From the NCBI RefSeq assembly GCF_036321535.1, contig NC_087460.1:2356001-2420000 (forward strand): a stretch of DNA of 64,000 nt. Direction: 5' to 3'. Below the pieces are notes generated by a model. That model did no database searches and was not told the DNA's origin. It saw only the letters and a list, made by a program, of their open reading frames with translations. Shown piece after piece: positions 1 to 11,310 of this stretch. Source of the stretch: Camelus dromedarius. Taxonomy: Eukaryota. A program made the translations under genes and the position numbers. Each line of letters starts with the position of its first letter. Within the stretch, counting starts at the first letter, position 1.

Positions 1-718
1 AGAGGGCCTGGCAGGGAGTGGCAGCCTCCACCCTCATGTGAGACTTCAGCGGGGCCATTCTCACATCCCAGTCAACCCAGCCTTTATCTCAAGTCTCTCT
101 GGACAGGCCTGATCCTCCCTTACTCCAGGGTCTTATTAGCACTGTCCTCTCTTCGCCAGGGAGCCTCATTTCAGCCCCTCTCAGCAGGAGTAATGGTCCA
201 CAGAGAAACAAGTTATTACCAGGGTCCAGAAGTGAGTTACCAATGCACCCACAGATGTGTGTTTTATAGTCTTCCTGTGCTCCGTGCACAAGTGTGTCTT
301 TACCAGGGCTCTGGCCCCGGAGTGGGCAGGTGGAGCTGCCTTTATGCTGCAGTCCGCCTGCCTGATGGACTGAAAGGGGTGGAAGGCTCTGAAGTCAGGT
401 GGAGCAGGGCTGCCACCTCCCGGCCGGGTGACCTTCGGAGAGTGAATTTGACTCTGAGCTGTTTCCTCAGTATGAAGTAGGAATCCTGTTGCCTGCTTCT
501 TAGGGTTGTCGTGAGCACCATGTCAGGGGGCTCATCTGACAGTCCTCTCTGTGCCTGGTGCCGTGAGAAGTTTGGGGAGAAACGCGGGGGGTTGCTTTCC
601 CCATGTGTCCCGCTGGGTGGAGTCCACAGCTCCTGTGATTTCATCCAGCCTCGCCACTAGGTCTCTTCCTGAAACGGCTCCTGGCTGCCCCTACATCCTC
701 AAGTCCTGCCTTTTACAG

Positions 719-836
719 GGCAATGGGCACGAGGAGGTGGTTGCCTGTGCCTGGGACGGACAGACGTACATCATCGATCACAACCGCACCGTCGTCCGCT
801 TCCAAGTGGATGAGAACATCCGCGCCTTCTGTGCAG
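719..836 (+). CDS. ITFG2: ITFG2 (KICSTOR subunit, integrin alpha FG-GAP repeat containing 2), third-last coding exon; gene begins upstream of window
   Basis: ttttacag|GGC acceptor and GCAG|gtga donor; encodes [39 protein letters not shown], matching the ITFG2 C-terminal region. Confidence 0.96.
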
Positions 837-850
837 GTGACCCAGCCCGG

Positions 851-1102
851 CCCTCCCTGGCCACACCCACCCTCTCACTGCCCCGCCCCGCCCTCCCTGA
901 CCACACCCGCCCTCTCAGGGCCCCGCCCCGCCTCCCTGACCACACCCACCCCTCTCACTGCCCCGCCCTACCCTCCCTGACCACACCCACTCCTCTCACT
1001 GCCCCGCCCCGCCCTCCCTGACCACACCCGCCTTCTCACGGGCCCCGCCCCGCCTCCCTGACCACACCCACCCCTCACTGCCCCTCCCCGCCCTCCCTGA
1101 CC
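851..1102. repeat. C-rich minisatellite, about 6.3 copies of a 40-bp unit, in ITFG2 intron
   Basis: Unit CCCTCCCTGACCACACCCACCCTCTCACTGCCCCGCCCCG; copies start at 851, 891, 931, 971, 1012, 1053, 1091 (partial). Confidence 0.95.
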
Positions 1103-1667
1103 AAGTCTCCGGAAACACAGTTCTTTAGCTCTTTCCTTAGAGGGTGATGAGCGGGTACCAAATTGTCGTCTTACGGTTTTAAGTCAGAAGAAATAAAAGA
1201 CAGCCGGCTGTCCATCTCTGAATATTTTGAAGGATTGGCTGCGGTGGGGGTGTCAGAAAACACTCTGTGAGGAGTGTCTTCCTGATTCCAGATGGGGGAC
1301 CTTGGGAGGCAGCACTAACTCCTGGGGGTGACGTGGGAGTGTTTGTGGTCACTGAAGTGGCAGAATTGAACCTCGCGCTGGCGCACACAGTCCAATGACC
1401 CACAAGCAGCTGCCCGCATCACCTGGCCGTCGCTGAGGCGGGAGAGCCTCAGACACCGCCTCCTGTGTGCTTTTGTCTCGGGCTTTGCTACTGTGGTTTT
1501 CCCGATCTGCAGCGGGCCAGATACTTGACTGCTTTCCCTGCTTGACTGAGTTCCCCACAGAGAAGGGCTAGGAGGAGGGCCCGTAGTCTCCTACCTGATG
1601 TCTGTGGGCGGGTGGGAGCTGCTGATGTGAACGTTTGCCCTGACCTGGGTCTCACTGCCGCCCCCAG

Positions 1668-1841
1668 GCCTGTACGCCTGCAAGGAGGGCCGCAACAGCC
1701 CCTGCCTGGTGTACGTCACCTTCAACCAGAAGATCTACGTGTACTGGGAGGTGCAGCTTGAGCGGATGGAGTCTACCAACCTGCTGAAGCTGCTGGAGGC
1801 CCAGCCGGACTTCCGGGGCCTGCTGCGGGATCTGGGCGTAG
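1668..1841 (+). CDS. ITFG2: ITFG2 penultimate coding exon
   Basis: cccag|GC acceptor, GTAG|gtgagt donor; (G)[57 protein letters not shown]; phase matches previous exon. Confidence 0.96.
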
Positions 1842-1926
1842 GTGAGTCCCTGGCCTGGAGGCCGCGGCTGCAGGCCTGCAGCGGCCCTGGTCCCAGGAGA
1901 CCCACCGGCCTCTTTCTTGCCCTCAG

Positions 1927-2030
1927 GTCCTGACGACCTCCCGGCCGCCCGTGCCCTACTGCACCAAACCCTCTACCACCCGGACCGGCCACTGCAGTGT
2001 GTTCCCACAGGCCTCCAGGATCCCACCTAG
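1927..2030 (+). CDS. ITFG2: ITFG2 last coding exon
   Basis: After an 85-nt intron, ctcag|GT; (G)[33 protein letters not shown]-stop(TAG). Confidence 0.95.
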
Positions 2031-2447
2031 CTGGCCCAGCCCTCTTAGCGGAACCAGGGTCCTCCTGAACTTCCGCACCCCCACAAGGTATCTGTGGTGT
2101 TTGCACGACAGGGATGTCCGTGACAGGAGGGACAGCGGCAACCCCAGGGTGACTGTGAACTGTGGACCTCGTGGTCTGCTGGGGAAAAGATAAAGTGACC
2201 CTCTGCCCATTTCCTCGTGCACTCGCCCATCAGAGCAGGGTCCCCGACCTCACTCCACATTACCTGGCACTGCTCCTCCCCAGAGCTCCCCACTCTTGTT
2301 GTGTGGGAGACAGACTTGTTTGTGAGCTGTAACACACTTTGCTGCAACAGAGCCGTGACAGTAAGGGCTCCGCCGCATCCCACGTGCTGGCTCCACGGCA
2401 CAGCTCCAAGTCACTGACACTAGTGGTTGTCACGGGAGTGGCAGCTA

Positions 2448-2934
2448 CACACTCTCTTCCACTTATTATGGGGTTACATCCTGATAAACCGTCGAGAGTT
2501 GAAAATACCATAAACCAAAAGTGCATTTAACGCACCTCCTCTACTGAATGTCACAGCTTAGCCTTGCCTACCATGAACGTGCTCAGAACACATACATCAG
2601 CCTATGCTTAGGCAAGATCAGCTCCCACAAAGCCTATTTTGTAATAAAGAGTTGAGTACCTCACGGAATTTATTGAATACTGTACTGACAGTGAAAACAG
2701 AGGGTTGTCTGGGTACAGGATGGTTCCGAGTGTGTAGGTGGTTCACCCTCACGGTCAGGGGCTGCCTGGGGGCTGTGCGCTCTGCTGAGCATCACGAGAG
2801 GGGACCGGACCTTGTGTCGCTAGCTGGGGAAGATCAAAACCCATAGTGCCCTTTCTACTGCATTGTGCGTATTGCTTTTGTTCCATCATAAAGTAAAAAA
2901 AAAAAAAAAAAAACCATAGGTCGGGGAACGTCTG
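2448..2934 (+). mobile_element. MER47/Tigger5-like non-autonomous TcMar-Tigger DNA transposon in ITFG2 3' region
   Basis: TA at 2446-2447, then ...ttatggggttacatcctgataaacc...gcttagccttgcctacc...gcctattttgtaataaag...tcggggaacgtctg, resembling the recalled MER47 consensus. Confidence 0.75.
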
Positions 2935-3440
2935 CGTTTGTTTTCTTTCTGAGGGGTCTCTCAGGACAATTTACCATGTCGTCTTACCACATCCCACCGA
3001 CCCTGAGATGATTTTCCTCTCTTCACCTGGGAAACCAGGTCAGCACTTCCTCTTTTTGCTGTGTTCTTCAAGTACCGTGTAGCTTCCCAGGCCTTGCTCC
3101 CATTTCCCCCAAAACTCATCCTTGTCTCTAAGACAGGAGACGTTTACAGCCTGATGCCGGCTTGTAATGCAGGCCACAGTCAGAATCGGGCCGTTCATAT
3201 CCCTTCTGCTTTTGACCCCTGTGCTCTGAATCAGTGGTTTTCAGACTGTAGGTTGGGATCCTTTGGTGGGTGGCGGTTGGCATTTTTTGGATCAGGGAGG
3301 CAGACTGAAGTAAGGTAGAAAACATCAGTATATTGCGCACAGGATGGGGAAGCACTGTTGCGTTCTGCTTGTTGGTGCGCGTGTGTACTGAGTGTGACTT
3401 AGAAGATGCTTTCTGCTGAGAGTTGTGTTTAGGGGAGCTT

Positions 3441-3555
3441 GAGGAGAGGGTAGAACTCGGCGGAGCACGTGCCTAGCATGCATGAGGTCCTGGGTCCAGT
3501 CCTCAGCACCTCTATTAAGTAAGTAAACTAATTATCTCCCCCCAAAAATAAATAT
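3441..3555 (+). mobile_element. tRNA-derived SINE (camelid-type), diverged copy
   Basis: gagcacgtgcctagcatgcatgaggtcctgggtccagtcctcagcacctc core plus A-rich tail; same family as five other copies in window. Confidence 0.8.
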
Positions 3556-3715
3556 AGAGGAGTTTGAAGGCATTGCTCTTGATTATACAGACCCCGAGCC
3601 AGATGGGTCAGCCCAGGGGAAGGTCCACAGTCACATTTCCTTCTGAAAGGGAGTCAGGACGGACTCCTTGTTCAGTGTCTGAGAAGCAGAGGACAGTGGC
3701 TTAGAGAAACAGGTG

Positions 3716-3721
3716 TTTATT
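3716..3721 (-). terminator. Probable NRIP2 polyadenylation signal (AATAAA)
   Basis: TTTATT on + strand, about 1.37 kb past the NRIP2 stop, followed on the minus strand by pyrimidine-rich sequence. Confidence 0.6.
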
Positions 3722-5087
3722 CAAATAGAGAAGCAGAGAAGCGCTGAGCCGAGGCTTCCCTGGGCCTGGGGTCTGCAGCTGCAGAAGCAGCGAGAGGCAG
3801 AAGGGAGAGGAGCAGGGTGAGACCCAGGAGAGCAGAGGGCACAGCCCGGCAGGGAGGGGCCACGCGCTCTCACCCCTGTGCCAGTGAGCCCCTCGCCTGC
3901 CCGTGGGCACAGGGACTCCACTGAGAAAGGTAAGGCCCGGTGTCTCGGGGCCAACCCTGGCTCTTCTCTGATCTGATCTACTCCAGGTCCGAGGGCCCTG
4001 GTTCCCCAGCCAGGTTAGTTCCGCCACTGTCTCCATCTCCCCCTAATCTGTGATTAGAGAGATTCGAACCAGCCAGACGGAAATGCTCGGGGCCTTGGCC
4101 CCTTAAGGTCTGGGCTCTTCTCTTCACCTGCAGTAAAGGTCACAGAGCCTCCTTGTGTGTTTACTGGGCTCAAGGTGGGGGTGGAGGGGTGGGGAGAAAG
4201 CCACGGATGCCAGAGAAGACCAGCTGAAGCTGAGGAGCCCACAGAGAAGGAAGGGGTGGGTCTAATGAGGTGGAACGTCTAGAAATAAAGAGGAATACAG
4301 GTCAGGTTGGGTCTTGGTACTGACGATCCCACCATTCTGTTAGCCCTGGGGGGCGGCTCTTCACATGCACCCCAAAGTGCAGGGGCCCAGCGGCTGAGGA
4401 AGCAGGTGGAGGATGAGTATCTGGCGTAACTTAACGGTACATCCAGTGTTTGTGCAGGGTGATCAAATGACAACCGCTCCAGGTGTGCGCGGCCACAGAG
4501 AAGGCAGCTGGCGAAAGCCCTCGGCCTTTGGGCCTGAGTCCTCCACCGACTCCCTGCCGTGTGCGCTGACCCTTTCTGTCCCACTTGCCTGCGGGCCACC
4601 GTGCACAGATCAGAAAGGGGGCCCCAGCAGGGCCAGGGACCCGGGCAGTGAGGGGCGTCCAGTGGGGACGACCAGCCCCAGAAGGTGGCGTGAGCACGTG
4701 GGGTGAAGGCCTCAAGGGTGTTCGGGTGGATGGGGCAGGAGGGGACAGCCACAGGCTGCAGCTGCGGACTCAGGCCACTCCTACCCTGCCCAGTGCCCAG
4801 CCCAGAACCAGCTCTGGCTCTGCTCTTCTTGGGAGGGGGTGAGACTGAACGGAAACCCGAACCCTGAGGTCACAGGCTGTCTCTAGAGACACTCCTCCCT
4901 GGGGGGTAGGGTGGGCGCTGAGAAGCAGGAGTGTGGCCAGCAGGGCAATGGGACAGCGGGGTCAGGGTGGTGACAAAAGGGACAGACACAGTAGTCCCCA
5001 GCTACCTGGCTCTAGCGATGCCCCATCCCCCTGACAGCTCTTCCCCTAAAGCAAGCAGCTTCCCCCTGGGGACCAGCCGGGCAGCGG

Positions 5088-5180
5088 TCACTGGCCAGGC
5101 TCTGGGTGCAGAGGCAGGAAAGGCAGCTCAGAGAAGGGGGCTCTCAGCCGCAGCACTCCGCGTTCCAGGTCGATGCAGCA
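5088..5180 (-). CDS. NRIP2: NRIP2 exon 6 (last coding)
   Basis: ctgcag|TGC; CCIDLERGVLRLRAPFSELPFLPLHPEPGQ-stop(TGA). Confidence 0.95.
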   Translation of the reverse strand, partial: CCIDLERGVLRLRAPFSELPFLPLHPEPGQ

Positions 5181-5477
5181 CTGCAGGGGGAGGTGCGCTT
5201 ACTGGCGGTTAACCGCCTCCCCTTCCCACCCCCTGCTCCCTGTTCCTCCCCGTTTCCTTTCACCTGGACTGCTGTCTGTCTGGGAGGGACCCAGTTCTCC
5301 GTATCTGTTACTTGTGGGCAAATAAGGAACCTCCAAGGAAGTGAGAGTGAAATCCCACATCTCCAAGTCTCATCAGAGGCCAACCCGTGCATCCACACCT
5401 GTGTCTCCTCTATCTCTTTTTCCCAGCCCTCTGGGTCAGGTCCCCGGTGTGGCTGCCAGTGTAAGCATCCTCCTTAC

Positions 5478-5530
5478 CTTGAGAGCGAGCAGAGTTTGCA
5501 GCCCAAGACAGAGTTCAGGACTCTCCACAT
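5478..5530 (-). CDS. NRIP2: NRIP2 exon 5 (contains LxxLL NR box)
   Basis: ctgcag|AT...AAG|gtaagg; (D)VESPELCLGLQTLLALK. Confidence 0.95.
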
Positions 5531-5768
5531 CTGCAGGAACCATTTGAAAACAAGAAGCTGGAGGGTGCCCCCAGGTCACTGCTGTCCCGTCAGCCCTCGC
5601 CCCCTCTCTGCCCACCCCTCCCAGGCCTGAGAATCTTGAGGATGACGAGCACATCTTTGGGGACATTTCGTCTGGTGCTGGCAGGGGTGAGAGGCTCTGC
5701 CTTTGTCCCCCCAGGAGAGGAACGTAGGAGAGGTGGGACGCTGGGCTGCCAATGGGGAGAGGACTTAC

Positions 5769-5890
5769 CCACCACCCGAGCGGAGCATGCCACAGTCTCC
5801 TGGCCTAGCTGTAGCTCCAGCTGCTCCACCTGGGCTGGGGGCCCAGGGGCCAGGTCCCCACCTGGGGCTTTTAGGGCCCTCTTCCCTAAC
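5769..5890 (-). CDS. NRIP2: NRIP2 exon 4
   Basis: ccacag|G...GTGG|gtaagt; LGKRALKAPGGDLAPGPPAQVEQLELQLGQETVACSARVV. Confidence 0.95.
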
Positions 5891-6205
5891 CTGTGGTCAG
5901 GAAGCAAGGCTTGTGGCCACCACAGCCCCCACCCCCCACCCCCACCCCTCCAGCTAATGTCCCTCCCCACCACACTTGGGTTCTTAGCCAACTGCTGGTC
6001 CCACATGGGGTCTAAATCCTGTCTTCTCTGCCAGAGCCCCATCAATTCTTTTTTTTTTAAATAACAGCTTTATTGAGACACAGTTCATATACCATGAAAG
6101 TCACCCTTTTAAAGTATAAAACAGAGTTAGGAACCATCACTCTAATTTCAGAATATTTTCACCCCAAAAAGAAGCCCCGCATCCATGCTTTTGGGCCTCA
6201 CTCAC

Positions 6206-6288
6206 CCCAGGCGGCTGAGGCATCCCGCGGAGATCTGATTGTAGTCGGTGCCAGTGTCCACGGCCACCCTAAGCACCTGGTCCTGGCA
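6206..6288 (-). CDS. NRIP2: NRIP2 exon 3 (retropepsin-like DTG motif)
   Basis: tttctcag|TGC...CTGGG|gtgagt; CQDQVLRVAVDTGTDYNQISAGCLSRL(G). Confidence 0.95.
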
Positions 6289-7334
6289 CTGAGAAAGGGG
6301 AGGGGGCACTCGGTGAGTCCCCGGGAGAATGGGCTGGGCGCTGGCTCTGTCACCCTTCCCAGCCCCTGATGAGTCCCTTTCAGAAGTGAGTGAAGAGAAG
6401 CAACTGACTCTTTAAAAGTGACGCTTACGGGACTCACGGTTGAGGCAGAGCTCGGTCAGATACCGAATCAGGAAAGGAAGTGGAGCCACACGAGGCGAGT
6501 GCCTGCATCTGGGAAGGGTTCGACTGGAAGTGGAGGGGTGCTTGGGAGGCCCAGGGCCTCCAGTTAAAGGGAACCGGATTGGGAATGAAGGAGGATGGGA
6601 AGGCGTGGTCCCCACTAGAACGTTAGATGCTGGTAGCAGAGGCTCACCCCTGCAGGCAAAGGAAGGCCAGTTGCTTCCTTTTAGATAAATACAGACGTTT
6701 TAGTTTGCACTTGGGTACCACAAACCATGTCATTTTCTCATTGCACTCGTTCGCTGAGCACCCGCTGTGCGGGGACCTGTTGTGGAAGGCTGCTCTCTAG
6801 GAGGGTGGGGGTGTGGTCACTGGTGCACGGGAGGGAGTTGTAAGGTCTGTGGGTTGTGAGTAAAGAGCCTGAGATGTTGAGAGGGAGGAAAGGCTCTTCC
6901 GCTAGGGAAGTCAGGAGAGCTTTCAAGGAGGAGGGGACATCTGAGGCTTGAAGGATCACGGAACGTGGACACAGGATGAAGGTCAGCAGGTGGAGGGGGC
7001 GCTGAGCAAAGACGGGCAGCGGGAGCCGGCTCGTGTCAGGAGGGGCTCTGTGTTGCCTGGGGGGTTGGACAGCTCCCGAGAGCACATGTACTTTCCTGGG
7101 AGGGGCTGCCTTACCCACCTGTGCATGCCCTTGTGTGTGGCACACACTCAACCTTTAAAGATTCTACTTGGATCAAGAGAAGGGAGTCGTGCAAAGGGAA
7201 GGCCCGTGAGGTAAGGAGTGAAAAGATTCTAGACCCAGGCTGGGGGTGGTGGTGCCTTAGCTCCCCGCTCTTCCCCCACTACCAGGCGGGAAGGAGAGTG
7301 GGTGAGGGGAGCCGGTCCCAGGAGGCTGTCTCAC

Positions 7335-7487
7335 CTTGCAGTTGACCAGAAGAGCTGGCCTCTCTGTCTTGCTGGTCCTCCTCCTGCCCTCCTGGCCGTG
7401 AATCAGGGCCTGCACCAGGGGAGACTCCCCCTGAGCATGACTCTGGGTCCCCTCCACCAGGCGTCTCTGGATCACACTGTGTGGCTG
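7335..7487 (-). CDS. NRIP2: NRIP2 exon 2
   Basis: gccag|CAG...AAG|gtgaga; QPHSVIQRRLVEGTQSHAQGESPLVQALIHGQEGRRRTSKTERPALLVNCK; NAGNAG acceptor. Confidence 0.94.
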
Positions 7488-9774
7488 CTGGCTCCATCAG
7501 AAAGCAATGAAGATGCTAAGCGCAGGTGTGCAGGCTGCTCATTCCGCCCCCCTCCCCCGACCCCGCACAAATCCCAGGCTCTTCTCCCCAGCCCTGCCCA
7601 GTCTGGAGTTTCTTGGGAGCGAGATTCCCCGAGGATCCCAGCAGTCAGACCGTTACAGCCGAGTGAACCCCAGTATCAAATCGTGCTGTTTTTCCGGGAC
7701 CCCAATAGATAGCTCAGCAATGGAGAAATGGTCTGTCTAGGTTAGACTGACCTATTGGCTGGCGGGACATTTCAGGCACTAGTATTATGAGGGGAGGTGT
7801 GAGGAATTCTGTCTCGGGTCTACAACACATATTTCTGGGGACACACTTTCTTTTTTTCTTCTTCGGACCCCACCCTTCTGTGGGGTGCAGATCCCAGGGT
7901 TAATGATGTGATGAAAAGAAGTCAAAGTAACAGGAACAAACAATAAAGGAAAAAAGTCCAAGTTTCCTAAACTAAGAAGTCGGGAGTCACCCGCAGTTTC
8001 CTCCCCCCGCAGACCCCCCAGCCCTGTCCAGCCACTTCCTGAATTCCACCAGTTTCACCTCCTGTGGTAATAGTCCTCCCGCCCCTTTCTGTCACTGCTC
8101 TGTTCTCACGTCAGCACAGCTCTCCTGGGTCCCCAGACACCTCCTAAGTACATAAGAACCCGCCTCTCAAATCCACCTGCTCAAAGCAAGTGAGTCCCTA
8201 AAATTCTTTGGACTCTAAGTGCAGCGCTCAAATCAGCACCTTCAGTGTCACTTGAAGGCCTGTTAGCAGTGCAATTCGTGACCTACTGAACCAGAAGCTT
8301 GCTTAGCAAGAGGCCCCGATGGCCCGGGTGCACGCTGAAGTTTGAGGAGCACAAAGAAACACTCCGAACTACGGCGGTCTCTCCCCTGCTTAAAATGCAT
8401 CAGAGCCCCACCTCCCCACCTTGCTTACCTGGTGGTGACAGCCCAGGTGACCTGACCACTGCACATCTGCCCCAGCGCCCCTGCTCGCTCTGCCCGGCCC
8501 AGGCTGCCCTTCGCCTCCACGCCTCTGCCCCTGCTCACCCCTCCTCCTGAAGCCTCTTCTCACCTTTCTCCAGGCCTGACTGGGTGACTGGCTCAACACA
8601 CTTGTTCAGGGTCTGCTCTTTATTTGGAGAGAGGTTTTTCTTTTAAGTCTGACAGTCCAGGTTCATGCTGGGAGTGCCTCATCCAGGAAGCCCGCTCTGA
8701 CCTCTTTGCCCTCTTCCCTCCACACACCAGCAGGGCAGCATCCCATTCATCTCTTGGCCGCCTTTGCCCTGCTTCCCACAGATATAATCTGCCCTTGAGG
8801 TCAGGTCTGCACCTCATCCCTCTTTCTATCCCAGGGCTCGGCTCGGCTTTATAGTAGGCACTCAATACATGCTTACTGAACAGTGACTGTTTCCCCCTGG
8901 CCTCCACGCATGCTTCCCCACCTGCCCTCTCTCCTTGGGAGCCTGGGATTGTTTTTCTACCCTTGGCTTAATGAGGCCCTTGAGGCTGCCAGCAGGGGAT
9001 CCAGCTCTGGGAAAAGGGCAGTGAGCTCTGTGGTTCCCAGCTCTCCTCCCACCTTTCCCACGAAGGATGCAGGCTCAGACCCAGCCCCCCCCCGACCCCC
9101 CCCCAACACACACACTCTGCAGTTTGCCCCAGAGCTGTCCCAGGGACAGGGACTTGGCTCCTCCCAACTGCTGTGTCCTCACTCCCTAAGCCACATAAGG
9201 TGACTACCGGAGTTGGGAGAGCTCAGGGGATGGCAGTGTTGATAGAGCATCTTCCCCAGGGCCACACAGACATAGGATGGGCCCAGGAGGGTGGAGGCTG
9301 TAATTTCCTAGCCACTGAAAGCCAAGGAACCTGCTTCCCAGATCCGTCATTTTCTCAGCTGTGCTGGCTGTTTGCAAGGAGGTTCTCTGAATTGAGATCT
9401 CATTCTGGTCACTTTTCCCCTTGGTGGGGGGCTGCTGGGTGTGTGTGTGGGGGGTGGTTCCTGGGACGAATAAGGAAAGGCAGGGCTGGTTCAGGAAGGC
9501 AGTGAGGGGCTGCATCTGGCTCCAGGTTTCCAGGGAGAGGGCCTGCAGGAGTGGCCGAGGCTCCCGGAAATGGTTCATGCCTCTTAGGTTTCAGGAGTCC
9601 CTCCTCTCAGACCCCTGACCAGGAGATGAAGGAGGGAGTTGGGTGCTCCCAAACCTTCCTGCCAAAGCCTGGCTCCTTGCCTGAGCCAGAGGCCAGAGCC
9701 ATTCCACCTTCTCGGGACCCTGAGGAGCTTACTTTCTCAGGCCAAATGGAATAGAAGCTGGAGGAGTAACTGTC

Positions 9775-9965
9775 TTTAGACGGTGCTTCCTGTTAGCCAG
9801 GCACCGTTCTGAGTCCTTTCCAGGAATCAGCTCCTGCACCCCACAGCAGCCCTACGAGGCAGATGCTGTTCATTTTATCCTCATGTAACAGATGAAGAAA
9901 CCGAGGCTCAGAGACAGAGTTGCATTGTTTCCCACGTTGCTAAAGGCCAGAGCCAGGGTCTGAGC
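9775..9965. mobile_element. MIR SINE remnant
   Basis: tttatcctcatgtaacagatgaagaaaccgaggctcagaga MIR core; boundaries approximate. Confidence 0.7.
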
Positions 9966-10576
9966 CCAAGCACCCTGGCTCCGAAGCAGCCACCTCTCAG
10001 CCCCTCCCTCTCTGCATGGGGAATGAGTAAACGCAGCTGCCCCCAACCCACCCACCCCTCAGCGGCTGTGGCTGCTGCAGGGGGATGAGGGAAAGGAGCT
10101 GGAAGGGCCCCTGCCCCCGGGAGGGAAGGCGCTCCGGGGCCCTCAGGAGGCCCAGCGCCCCAGGCGGGAGCCAGGTGAGACCCTGGGTTCTGGCAAGGAC
10201 GAGGGGGAAAGCAATCAACACCCAGACCTTGTGTTTGGGGACCTGTGGTTTGGGGCAGAGGGAAGCCACAACCCTAAACTGGCCAGTCCTCCAGGCTGCT
10301 CTGCTCCAGGAGGCTCCCAGTCCCCGGAAGCCTCGGCTCTAACCAGCACAGACAAGCCTTGGGCTCTCTGGGGGAGCTGAGCAATGAGAAAGGGTCCGCC
10401 AGAGCCACCAAGCCGAGGGAGCAGCCCCTGTGAGGAGCTTGGCCATGGCCAAGGTGAGCCCTCCAGGCGGGACTGGGCAGGGAGGTGGGTGTGCAGGCTT
10501 GGGGTCTGCACCTTCCTGGGGGAGGAGGTGGGGGGACCCGAGCTTCCCAGGGGTTGGGGGGAGAGGGCTGCCTCAC

Positions 10577-10795
10577 CCAGTCCTTGGAGGTGCCGAGCCT
10601 CTTGAGGCTGTCCAGGGGGAGCAGGTCGGCCGAGTCCTTGTGCAGGAACTGGGTGGCCTGTCTGAGCCGGCGCTGCTGGCTCAGCTGGGCTCGGCCCCGC
10701 AGCTCTGCCTCCCGTCCCCCGCTCCCGGAGTCTCCCTCCTCCCTCGGGGCCTCCGGCCTGGTGCTCATGGCCCCTGCGGTGGTCCTCCCCTCCAT
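10577..10795 (-). CDS. NRIP2: NRIP2 (nuclear receptor interacting protein 2) first coding exon; start at 10795 or at conserved 10768
   Basis: MEGRTTAGA-MSTRPEAPREEGD...QATQFLHKDSADLLPLDSLKRLGTSKDW|gtgagg; six exons sum to 723 nt (240 aa plus stop). Confidence 0.92.
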
Positions 10796-11019
10796 CCTCT
10801 CTGCCTCCCTTCCCCAGCTGCAGCTCTCAACCAGGGGGTCTCAGGCGGCGGTGGGAAGAGAAGAGGAAATAAATAAGTAAGATGCAGGAGCAGCCGCGTC
10901 AGACACCAGTTTCCAGAGATCGCAGCAGAGGGAGCAGGGCTCCGGCTGGAAAAACCCAGCGCTGGAGGAGAGGGAGGGCCGGCGGGCTCTGTGGCGTCTC
11001 CTGACGGGGTCCTGGCAGG

Positions 11020-11162
11020 NNNNNNNNNNNNNNNNNNNNNNNNNNNNNNNNNNNNNNNNNNNNNNNNNNNNNNNNNNNNNNNNNNNNNNNNNNNNNNNNN
11101 NNNNNNNNNNNNNNNNNNNNNNNNNNNNNNNNNNNNNNNNNNNNNNNNNNNNNNNNNNNNNN
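11020..11162. other. Assembly gap (N run) in NRIP2 promoter region
   Basis: 143 N. Confidence 1.
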
Positions 11163-11269
11163 GGCAGCTGTAAACTGTCAGGATGTCCGTGCCAGGTTGT
11201 CTGAAAGGAGGTGTGTGTCAGTGCGCGGGGGCGGCAGCCTGCGTGCCTGGGGCATGTGTGGGATGCAGG

Positions 11270-11310
11270 AGTGTGTGTGTGTGTGTGTGTGCGCGTGTGT
11301 GCGTGCGCAC
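11270..11310. repeat. (GT)n/(GC) microsatellite
   Basis: gtgtgtgtgtgtgtgtgtgtgcgcgtgtgtgcgtgcgcac. Confidence 0.95.

Noticed and set aside
851-1102. Regular repeat that might be mistaken for a CRISPR array
   Set aside because: Head-to-tail units without unique spacers, in a mammalian intron, with no cas genes.
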